From Lama guanicoe (taxonomy: Eukaryota): a DNA stretch of 64,000 nt. The translations under genes and the position numbers were made by a program. Below are positions 53,622 through 64,000 of the stretch, one piece after another. The notes under the pieces were generated by a model that saw nothing but the letters and a program-made list of their open reading frames with translations, was not told the DNA's origin and searched no databases. The stretch's first letter is position 1; every line of letters starts with the position of its first letter. The stretch is from NCBI GenBank assembly GCA_013239625.1, contig MU056146.1, positions 6,123,977 to 6,187,976 of the forward strand. The letters run 5' to 3'.

Positions 53622-53837
53622 CTCGGAGAGATCGCCGTTTTTGACGTGGATCCTGGCCATGCTGTCCAGCCACGTCTTCCGGAGCTCGGGAGTGCTCGCG
53701 TAGGACTTGGCCAGGCTGTACTGGAGGTCCACCAGCATCTCGGGGTCGTTCTCGTGCTCCTTCATCTGGGCCGTGGCCATCAGCACCGTGCGGATCCTCT
53801 TGGTCAAGTCCTTCACGTCCGAGGAGAAGGTGGTGTG
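53622..53837 (-). CDS. DOCK9: DOCK9 coding exon, around the start of DHR-2 ([72 protein letters not shown])
   Basis: ttgcag|CAC ... GAG|gtagcc; 216 nt; typical DOCK-C/D motif YxxxPELRxTWL. Confidence 0.97.
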
Positions 53838-53956
53838 CTGCAACGAGGGTGGAAGAGGAACCGGGGCTTTCAGCTGCGCCCTGTCTGTCTGCAGTTGTAG
53901 CAAATGACAAGGCAGAGTCTCAGGGGTAACAAACAGAACGGGACTGGGCCACCCAC

Positions 53957-54070
53957 CTTGATGAGCCTGTCACTGTTGGCGCAGTTGTTGATGATAGACA
54001 AGGACTGCTGGAATCTGGTTCCCCCGATGCCGACGACGTCTGCTATCAGCTGGCTGACGGAAATGATGAC
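53957..54070 (-). CDS. DOCK9: DOCK9 coding exon ([38 protein letters not shown])
   Basis: ccctag|GTC ... AAG|gtgggt; 114 nt. Confidence 0.96.
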
Positions 54071-54589
54071 CTAGGGACACAAACGTGAGCAAGTCAATTC
54101 ACCTTTGGGGAATGCTCCAGCTCGACTCCTGCCTTGGGTTAGGATGTGCATGAGGATGGGGTGGCAGGGAGTCTGTGAGCAGGGATCACGCCAGTGTGGG
54201 AAACGTCTGAGCCATCTTTTCCCCACTTCCAAGAATTATTCCAGAAGGTGACTCTGCTATTCTTGAGTCTTTTGTTTGCACAGCAAAGTGCTAATCAGGA
54301 GAGTGTAGAGGAATGAGAATCAGATAAGCCTGAATCACTTGGAAGGTTACTTACCTACCACTTTCTCTAGTAAAAAGGGAGACCTTATTATTTATCTCTG
54401 TGGTTTCTGGCATGAAACTATATGTATTTAACATTCAATAAGCAGACTATCCTTTGCATTTTTTATTAAAACATATGCATATTAACTATGCATAGGGGAA
54501 CCTGTCTTTTTGGGGGTCTATAAATACCAATGTCTTTACCCAGTTACTCAAGCTAAACTCTGGACCACCCCCCTGGCCTCTTCCTTCAC

Positions 54590-55120
54590 CACACCCAGGT
54601 ACAGTCAATCACTAAGTATTGTCAACTCAACCTCCTCTTCCTTCTAACCTCACCATACCTGACCCAGGACATGATTCTCTCTGGTCTAGATCTGACCACA
54701 GTCTCCCCAAGGTCTCCGTGGTCTCGAAGGTCTTGAATTTCTGATCTATTTTCAGCACTGGAATCCAGGCAATCTCTCCAAATATGCAACGATGCCTCCT
54801 CAACTTGTTCTCACCCATACTCTCAACTCCACTAGAAAAACCTTCTCCACTTCCCTGGATGGGCCCTTCCCCACGGTACATCCTGGCCTGGACCATGCTC
54901 ACTCTCCAACCCCTGTTCATCCTTCATATTCTCTGGGAAGCCCCCTGGTCCCCTCCCTGGTACACTGAAGCTCCTCTGTTCTGGCCCTGGGCATGTGGAA
55001 CAAGGTCTATCTGTCCTCCAGCAGATGACACTCCATGAGGGCCGGAAGAGGGTCCTTGTTTGTTCATGGTTGTATCCATGAATCCTTGCACATAGTTTGC
55101 AAAAAACAAATATTTGTTTT
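54590..55120 (+). mobile_element. L2 fragments
   Basis: cagtcaatcactaag...; ctccatgagggc...tttgttcatggttgtatcc...gcacatagtttgc...aaatatttgtt. Confidence 0.6.
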
Positions 55121-55600
55121 AAAAAAGGCGTAAGTACAGAGATGGAGAAGGCACTCCTCTATGTGTTTGTACAAAAATACGTAAGAATTTTCAGTATCTG
55201 GCATGGTTCGCAGAGAATCTGGGACACTTTCACTCTGGAGAGATGGCAGGTGTGTCAGCAGATGGAGGACAGAACAGAACCACTTTGGGTGTTTTTGGTC
55301 TTACCTAAGATGTTCACTGTGAGGCATCCGCACATAGGGTCTATATGGAATTCAATGGAATTTCAGGCAGTCCACTATTGATTCAGTATTTAAACGTCAA
55401 TTTACCGATAGAAACACATTCTGGGCCCAGATCTTACAATGTGGAGGAAGAAATAAACCAGTAAACCAGTAAACGTTACTTCTGAGTTCTCCATCTCGAG
55501 GCCAGACCGTGTCATACTTATGCTGAGGTAACTCAAAGCTTTCCCACTCAAACAGGATTCCACAGAGCACACCTGTGCTGGAAAGGTGATGCGCACGTAC

Positions 55601-55783
55601 CTGCAAATGTGTCCGGACGAAGGACTTCTTCCCCGTGTAGTCAAAGTTGTTCCTCATGAGGAAGTACAGCAGCTGGGAGGCCTCGGTCCGGATGGAGCTC
55701 AGCTTGGAGTTACAGCACTTGAGAACCTCATAGCACAGCGAGGCACACATGTCCGCCCGCCCCTCGTAGAACGTCGAGGGGAA
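55601..55783 (-). CDS. DOCK9: DOCK9 coding exon ([61 protein letters not shown])
   Basis: ttctag|TTC ... CAG|gtacgt; 183 nt; 109-nt upstream intron. Confidence 0.96.
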
Positions 55784-55892
55784 CTAGAAGGAACACGGGA
55801 GAGCAAAGGAGCCCCAGGAGGGTCAGCGTGTCTTCAAAGGAAAATGCGTGGCCATCAATGGTGGTCACCCCTCCCCTAGTGAAACAACGTAC

Positions 55893-56030
55893 CTTGTAAA
55901 TTAATGACCTTAAGGCAGTGAAGACGTTTTTTAAAGCCGTTTCAGACTGATGTTTTTGAAGAAAACACAGGTAGACGTCAAAAACTTTTTTCATGAGGGG
56001 ATTATGTCCGTGGTCAGCCAGTAGCTGGTT
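55893..56030 (-). CDS. DOCK9: DOCK9 coding exon (NQLLADHGHNPLMKKVFDVYLCFLQKHQSETALKNVFTALRSLIYK)
   Basis: ttttaag|AAC ... AAG|gtacgt; 138 nt, phase 0/0; lies within ORF 55728..56054. Confidence 0.96.
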
Positions 56031-59000
56031 CTTAAAACACACAAGACAACTCATTCAGTGAGACACACCAGACACCGCTAATAGGTTTCATCCAACTCTC
56101 AGCCTCACAGGTTAAATTTTCCAGGTACTAAGACGGCACGTAATTTAAACAACTTTGTCATGAACTCTCCAGGAAAGCGGAGAAGTCTCTTGTAGTACAA
56201 ATAAGCTTATCAATAAATTTATGCTTTGGAGAATTTACTTCTTCCTATTAAGGGAGGGACTACTTACAAAACTTCCCAGTAAACTGTAGTATGGTTTAAA
56301 GGACCACTGTTTCTCAGTACTGACTGGCCTTCTATTTATTCATTTTTACTATTGCCAGCAACTGATACAGAGGTAATATTTATGACATCTTAACTGTGAC
56401 AAAGGAGTGCCATTACATTAGTTTCCAGCTAATTAATGGGCTGGGAAGAATACTGAAGTGAGGTGTATGAAACAGGTCCTCTACAAATGAGGACTGTGTC
56501 TTTTTCCCAGGCTTCTTGGGCACTGTGTTCAGCCATGAATAGCCAGACAGTCTGGTGAGGGGGAAAACTTTCGCACAGGCTCTGCTCAGGCACCCTTTCT
56601 CATGGGCACGTTATTTGCACAGGTCAACTGGGTCTCGTCATGCTCATCTGTGTAACAGCGAGCCTAAAACCGAGCTTGCACAGCAACTGGAAGACTTGAG
56701 GTCAAGGAGAGGGAGCTGAGCCGCCTACACTGATCTAGCTCAGTTAAGTGGTGGCCAGCAGGACTTTAACACGTCATGGATTTCACTTGACAAAACAAGA
56801 CGAGAAGGCCACCATTCATTACTTCTCCTTGTTCTTCAAGATTTCCTCACACCAGCAGCAAATTCGCACTGCTTAAACATCGAGTAAACCTGGCTGGTTA
56901 AAACTCCCAGAGATGCTGAACACGCGTGGTGGGTAGAGGTGTCCCCAGCTAGAGGCCAGCACGTAGCCACTGTGTCTAACGTGGTTGACCGAAGGCCTGC
57001 ATCTTTAAAAACAGGCTCGTGGGAACAAAAGTGTGTGTTTGGGAGAATGGATGCATTCTGCACAGGCAGGCAAAAATGACTCCCATAAAAAAATGTCCAG
57101 AGGCCAGTACCTCAAATCAGTCTTAAAAGTTAGCTAAATGAACAAAGAGAACTTACGTCCAAATAGTTCTGTTGCATAGCAAATTATGGCTGAAGTAATA
57201 GTTTCAAGATTTACCTCATCTTATTGTTAGAGAAAAATTTTTTACTCAAGGAATAAGTCTTGTTTTTTAGGTCCAGTGATTCACAGGAGTATTCACAGCT
57301 GGTCGGACACCTGGCATTCACAGTGATCTTTAGATCATGAAATACTGAGGTACAGTAGTGAATTCCATTATGTGAAAGAAAAGCAACTTAATGAGCAGAA
57401 AATATGACTTAATTAACTGAATAGGGTATAATTTTCAACCATGAGCAGCTGTTCACCAACTGGAAAAATAAAAGAGGCTGTTTCCAGTGTTTGGGGAACT
57501 GCTTACATGGTTTGCTGTCTGTGAGCACTGCTTTTCCCAGGAGCCACAGTCCTTCCTAATTATGGCTGGATTAAGGTTTGGGGGAATCTGAATATGTGCT
57601 TCCATCTTCTCAGGACTCTTTGCTGTAGACACCCAGGAGAGACGGTTTAGCTAAAAATTGCCTTGCACCTGAACTGGCCCTTCTCCAAGTTCTTACCACT
57701 GGCATTGAATCTTCCTTCCTTTCACTCTTTTTGGTTAAGGTTTTTGCTTCCCATTTTCAAGATTTAGTCTTCTAGGGTTCTGACCACAAAATTTGATGAA
57801 GAATGGAGTAAAAATGCACACAAAGATGCAACCCCTCATTTAAAGGGGGAAAGGACCTTTCATTTTGGACACATCCCAGTTTACCAGCTGCCTCCCTTAC
57901 TTTCCAGTCAATTTTCTTCTCTCTCTCTGTGCGCCTCTCTCTTTCTCATTAGAAAGTAATATACACTAAACATTAAATATCTGAACATTTAGGAAGTCCC
58001 AGAGCGGGACGGAAAGCAAAAGAAAAACCACCTTCACTTTTCCAGTCATACATAACCACAGGTAACAGCAGAGTATCTCTCTCCACTTTTATACCCCTGT
58101 AAACTTTTACTGAGGTTGGGAGAATATCATTCGGGAAACTAAATGAGATGTTAGAATAACACAAAAGGCATGACTTATTTCTAGCCATAAGGTGGAGAAT
58201 AGGTTATAAGTAATTCTCAGGAACTGTCTGATGTGGATTCAAGTTTGACTGTCGTCACACAGCTTCCGAAGGGAAGCAGGCCTTTCAGAGAGTCAACACA
58301 CAGAATCAGTCATTTCCAAAGAGACAGGAACAGGAGAAAAACAAACTTAAACTCAGGTGCCAAAATGAGGTATCTGGAACCATGTTATTTACGACAACTA
58401 CATCCTTCTTAGGCATATGGCATTTATTTATATTTAGACATTGATTATAAAATAACTTTAAAAATTGAGTTTTAGAGAAGAGCTGTTTTAGCTGCAGAGG
58501 CTCACCACCACCAAGACCACCCAGACGTCATGTGTGTCTGCAGACCAGGCTCATGGCTGTGTAAACTGGACCACAGACTCCCTAGCAAGGCCCCCATGAT
58601 CCGAGGGCTCTGCGTCCTGTGGTTCATGTTGCTCTTTATCCCCATGGACTGGTCCTCATTGTACAGTTCAAATCAAGAAATGGCTCTACATGAATTACTT
58701 AAAATACACTTTTGGATTAAAATTTTGAGCTCATTAAAAATATTACCAACCATTTAAAGGTCACCAGCCGGTTGGGACTGTACTAACAGACATTTAAAAT
58801 AGCCAAACAATTGTATTTTTCTGCATGTAACTACCTTGGTTTACAGAACAAGCCTTTGATGTATGAAATAACCTATGTGAAAGTGCCCCCACCCAGCACC
58901 AGCATCTGGTAAGTGTGTGATAATTTTCTTCTTTTTTTCTGTATGAGAGATCATTCAACTACCTTGGTATTCACCCAGCTCAGCCCCTCCCCCTACACAC

Positions 59001-60616
59001 ACATACACACACACACACCCGACTTAGTGGAGAACAAGGGATTTGATAGGCCAGGTATGCAGTGATCTTGGGCAAATCTCCTAGCCTGTTTCAGCCTCAA
59101 TCTCCTCATCTGTAAACTGGGGGTAAGAAGACCTATGGGCCAGGCTGTGAAGACTGATGCTTGAGGCACAGAAGGCACTCATTAAACAGCAGGAAGCTAA
59201 TATAATAATAAACCAGAATCAGGGCTTAAATCTTTTCAAACATTTCCTCTCATTAAGAATGTGATTTCTTGATGGCCTTTGGCAATGTATTAGATGCGGT
59301 CAATTAAGAGACTCAGTAACGATGGGGCTACATTCGTGGAAGATGATTTTTCTGCAAACAGTTATGTCAGCTAATCCCATGTAATAATTTAATTTTTCTG
59401 ATATGCTACAATTGATGCCTCAGCTGAGTAAATATTTGCAAAGGGAGATCCTCGTGGCTGCTATGCAGTGGGCCCCTTGGACCTGTGAATCCAGGCTAGG
59501 GAAGCCTACAGCTTGGCATGACATCCCTTAATGCCATAAAATCTGCCCATCTTCCCACTTTAAATGGGGAAGCAGTAGGGATGCTGAGCTTTAAACATCA
59601 AAGATTTTTGCACACAGGCATACAGACCTTGACACTTCAGAGATCACCTCAGCTCTGAAACTCAGTCTTCCCTGTGGGTGTCAGGAATCAGACGCCTTAC
59701 CATAGGACCAGAAAGGCGTGAACACAGGGGAAAGTGCTTACTGCTAAACTAGAATCAACATCTGAGCTCCTATGTCAGCCAGACACAGGGTAGATGTTTT
59801 TGGACACTTCAGTAACAATCCATTATACAGTAGGCATAATTGCTGTTCTAAGTAAGGAAATCAGGGCTTACAGAGGACAAGTAGACCTGCCCAGGGCTTA
59901 ACATCTGGCTAAGGGTGGAGCCAGGAGCTGAAGCCCACGGTGTTTCTGTACACTTGGCTGTTCCCATGTGTTCTGGAGCCTGGCCTGTATAGTAGAGCAT
60001 TTGGCCCTTCCCAGGGTCATCTCACTTTAAACTTACAGCAACCACAGGAGGCAGGTCCTATTTTTTCAATCTTATAGATGAGAAATCTCATCTTACAAAT
60101 GAGAAATCTTAGGTCTGGAAACATGAAATGATTTTCCCAAAGATATTTATCCCACAAATGTTACAATCAGTCTTCAGAGACCGACAGATGCTCATCCTCT
60201 CTTGCATCAGAACCTATTTGGTGGCCAGACACTGGAGATCTGGGAACCTTGACCAACACTCTTTTAATATGAAGCAATTTACCAGAGCCCGAGTAAGACC
60301 CTCAGGCTGTGCAGTAAGGAAACTGTCACTGCTCTCCTGGTGCCGCCGGATCACACCTGTGCTGCCCGGGCCCTCACCTGCCGCTGTGCCAGGCCCATAC
60401 CTCTGTGCAGCCCCAGGGCTTCCTGCTCGTTTACATGCCAGGCCCAGGCAGACAGCAGGCGACAGTGTCCCAACTACTGTTCTGAACTTACAGTTGAACA
60501 GTCAGCACTGCTACAGGTGTAAGGGCAAATACTCACATTAAACTGCCTATTTACATAAGAATTTTGAACTAAAAATCTCCAAAAGAAAACAGACAGAAGT
60601 TTGAAATACGGTTCTA

Positions 60617-60760
60617 GCAGAGCGATGGTTCTCAGGCCCTACTGTTCACGTCTCACTTCCAGAGTCGACTCAGTTGGCCAGAGCCTAAGAACCTGCATTT
60701 CTAACAAGCTCCAGGGCCTGCAGCATCCTCCAGCCTGGGGACCGTAACTGAGGGCCACTA
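60617..60760. mobile_element. MER5-type MITE remnant
   Basis: gatggttctcagg...aacctgcatttctaacaagctcc...ggggacc. Confidence 0.6.
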
Positions 60761-61707
60761 AGAGCAAGGCTCCCTGTAACAGGACACTGCTGCCCTCTGA
60801 CTCATCCTATTAGCACATGCATTTCCTCATCTCTCAACTGGGTTCCTACTTATGACATCTCCTGGGGACATGAGTGGCATGGTTGCTAAGAATGAAGGCA
60901 AATTATAATAAAGCAACCGGAAATGGGTCACCACTTTAAGTCTGTCTAATAAAGAAACATCCTTCATGAGAAGAGAAGATGAGGAAAGCACAGAACGATT
61001 TAGGGTGTTTCCTAAATACCCTTGCAAATAAACACACTGTTTCAGTATTCATTGGATATTAACTGGAAATGGAAGTAGTCATTGACAAAGGATGAGAAGG
61101 GTGGGGTTCCTAATGACGAGAGTGGCTGAAGAGACCATTTCAACTGACTTGAATATTACTAAAACCTAAAAATAAGGCCAAAATCGCTTTTTACTCTTGA
61201 TTCCTGAAATGCTCCTATCATTTAATTTAGTAACAGATCAAAAAAAAAATTAAAGGCGAATGTGTTTTTATGTATTGCTTCCTCTACCTATAAGCATCTA
61301 ATTTTAACCGCTACCATTTTTGGATATGTTTAAAGATAGTAGAGGCAGAAATGCCCAATTAGGTCCCCATATTTATCACCATGGAGGGCACAGCAAAGCC
61401 ACATTCCCCACAAATGCTTCCCTCTGGCCAAGTGTTAACCGCCTCCAGAGACCGTGTCCAGCATTTGCAAGCAGGCCACACGCCCTGGCCAGTTAAGCTG
61501 TACCCTATTTCAGGGAATTCAAGCCATTAACTGTGGAATGGTTTCATTAAGGGAATTTAAGGATTAATGGTTTCCTTACAGGGGCAAAAACAGTAGCTGC
61601 AGTAAAAGTATAACATAGGAAGTTCTTGTTCGTTCGGTTAAATAAGCAATAAGCATATTGAATTTAAACAGTCAGGCTCTGATCACGAACAGCTGCTCGA
61701 TACAAAC

Positions 61708-61823
61708 CTTAAACGCCAGGGTGAATAGAGAGAGGGTGTCCAGAGCTGTGAGGCACACCTCAGTGGCAATATTGGCTTCAAGTAACGACTGGTGGAGCAC
61801 ATCTGCGTCCGAGTGGCCATAGC
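61708..61823 (-). CDS. DOCK9: DOCK9 coding exon ([39 protein letters not shown])
   Basis: Acceptor ctgcag|GC, donor AAG|gtttgt; 116 nt (2 + 38 codons). Peptide recognised as DOCK9. Confidence 0.95.
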
Positions 61824-62074
61824 CTGCAGGAAATCATAGCACAAGGTCACTGCTAGCAGCTGCAGAAGGCAGGCTGGCAGGACAGCAGAGTCACAGTCAA
61901 CTTTTGATTATTTCCAGAAGGCTTCCTTCAGGGCCTTATCTGCCCGTTTTTGTCTTTTTTGAGGGGGGTGGCGGAAAGGGTTCAGTAATAATGTTTCCAT
62001 TCAATGACAACTCCTTTACGACTCTGGAAGAGAAGTCAGAGTGGTAACCATTGTGCGTCTGCAACGCGCCAGCC

Positions 62075-62580
62075 ATGATTCTATGAGCTTCATGTGTATC
62101 ATTTCATTTAAATCCTCGACAGCCTGATGAAGTACATTTGTTATTTAAACCCTTTCTGCAGATGAGGAGATGGAGGCACAGAAAGGCTGGACAGCTTGTC
62201 TTAGGTCACACAGTTAGTAAATGGGGGAGCAGGACAGGCACCTGGGGCCAGAGCCCATCAAAGGAGCCACCCGACTGAGCTGCTAGGATGGGGAAGTGGT
62301 GAAGGAGACAGAGCTCTGGAGCCTCCACACTGAAGGGCGGCAGCACAGCCCAGGGAAAGAAAATGAGCCGAGGGTCAGGCTGCTGGTCACTGAATCCAGC
62401 TCCGCCCCTTACTGGCTGTGTGACCCTGGGCAAGTTCCTCGACCTTTGTATACCTCAGTTTCCTCACCTGTAGAATGGGGATAACAACAGTTTCTACCTC
62501 AAAGGGTTGTGTGAGTATTAAATTTATTCGTCGTTGTGAAGCCCTTAGAATAGTGCCTGGCACAGAGTGAATGCTGCAGA
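62075..62580. mobile_element. Two MIR SINEs in opposite orientation (62075-62230 minus, 62380-62580 plus)
   Basis: cagatgaggagatggaggcacaga; tggctgtgtgaccctgggcaagtt...cctcagtttcctcacctgtagaatggggataa. Confidence 0.8.
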
Positions 62581-63279
62581 AGTCTTAAGCTGATAACTTA
62601 AGATCTGTATTATCAGTAAGAATCAGAAGTGATAACCAAGAGTTGACTGCACTGTGAATGGTATTCTACTTGCTTTAACAAAAAGCATAAAAGCCACTAT
62701 GTCTGAAAGAAATGTTCAAGAAAAGGAAAGAACTTGAAGAATCATAATTTAAATACAAACTTGATACCTTCTGTATGTGGCTATAAAATCAATTTAGTAC
62801 TGACAAAATATAGTTTGACATACAATTTGAGATATTAAATTATGAAATGGTATGCATTAGCAGAAATATATATAGAGATGCAAAGATGTTACAGTATTGA
62901 TCTAGATTACAAAGAAAGACGGCAGTATAATAAAACATCATGTAATGTCTTTCTCCATGGAGCAAAAACAAATCCACACTTACTGTGTAGGTAATTTTCT
63001 TAATACTCCAGAGAGAAGGACATTTCGTACAAAGATCAGGAAAATGAAGTACAGAAAACCTAGAGAATTTTCTTGAGGCCAGTAATGGGGGAAAAAATAG
63101 AAACTACACTCCAAATTCCTTATCCAGGTCACTGTACCATAATCCCTATTGTTAAGATAAAATAAAGTAACTAGTATGATGTTATTCTGACTTTAGTAAA
63201 TGTCAGAGTTAGAGAATGGTTTTTGAAAGGCTACAAAAAGCTTTTTAAAAAAAGGCCGAATTGCTCTTTAAAGTATGAT

Positions 63280-63326
63280 CAAAAACAAAACAAAACAAAA
63301 CAAAACAAAACAAAACAAAACAAAAC
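63280..63326 (+). repeat. (CAAAA)n microsatellite
   Basis: About 9 tandem CAAAA units. Confidence 0.95.
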
Positions 63327-64000
63327 ACTATTAGGCGCTTTCATCCAACTTTGTTTTGCTTTTGAAACAGGGGTTTTGAGTGGCCTGCATTATTTTCACA
63401 CTTCGGCAGAGTAACTGTGTCCTTACTGAGGCTATGTAACAAACACATCTAGCACAATGCTAGTTATGTTTTCTCTTTATTTCTGCTTTTTTGGGGGTAA
63501 GGAATTTAGCAAAAAGAAAGATAGGTTTTTTTTGGTACTAATATTCACTGAACCGTTTTTGTTCATTTGGCAAGGCATTTGAACAAAGGCATTTCCTCAT
63601 TTGGCAGTTTGGTGATATACAGAGTCCTCGAAACAAGGAAACAAACAGATGGATGCTTATTGTTACAGTAATCACAGACCAGGGCAAGAAAGGACAAAAA
63701 AAAAAAACCCACCCCTCAAAATACAACACCTTTTATCAGACCAACCAAAATTATCACACAGGTCAAAAGGACCCTATATTGAGAGCTGCCATTTACCTCA
63801 AATGAAATTTGATAGTCTGGGTTAAACTAGAACAAAGCGCTTGCTTTGGTGATGATATTAATTGTTTTTTTTCTGCACAGAACTATCCTTTTCTTTCTAG
63901 ACAACCCACTGGATAAGTGTCTGCAGGTGTGATCACTACAGATGTGATGGCCTATACAATGAAGAACTTCCTCAGAATTTACTTACACTTGGCTGAAATT

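Noticed and set aside
53545-53910. Alternate-frame and antisense ORFs over the CpG-rich DOCK9 exon (similar at 32054-32443 and 55586-55879)
   Set aside because: Expected shadow ORFs of high-GC3 coding exons.
57151-57225. Possible cryptic exon ending GAC|gtaagt
   Set aside because: The nearest upstream acceptor gives an immediate stop (ATG AGG TAA), and there is no homology support.
56031-61707. Possible antisense lncRNA (a human DOCK9-AS1 is recalled in this gene region)
   Set aside because: No exon structure or promoter can be supported from sequence alone.

Overview
Mammalian genomic DNA, most likely a camelid (two tRNA-Ala-derived Vic-1-type SINEs are present). Positions ~25.7-64 kb hold the 3' part of DOCK9 (zizimin-1, a Cdc42 GEF) on the minus strand. 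I traced 15 constitutive exons by hand. They splice with GT..AG boundaries and consistent phases into a 2081-nt open frame (2 nt + 692 codons + stop) that covers the DHR-2 catalytic domain and ends in ...TSSSSVV*, followed by a ~1.1 kb 3' UTR. The main signals are splicing features the ORF track cannot show. They are a 6-nt microexon (Ala-Ala), an 8-nt microexon that builds a split TG|A stop and would remove the C-terminal PDZ-type ligand, and a 78-nt cassette-exon homologue whose donor appears lost in this sequence. A 36-nt exon expected from orthologues is probably hidden in an N run. Positions 1-25.7 kb are intergenic and rich in transposon fossils (L1, MaLR/MLT, MIR, hAT). There is no evidence of a prokaryote-type system, CRISPR array or new protein-coding gene. 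Repeat family names and orthologue comparisons are from recall, not from database searches.
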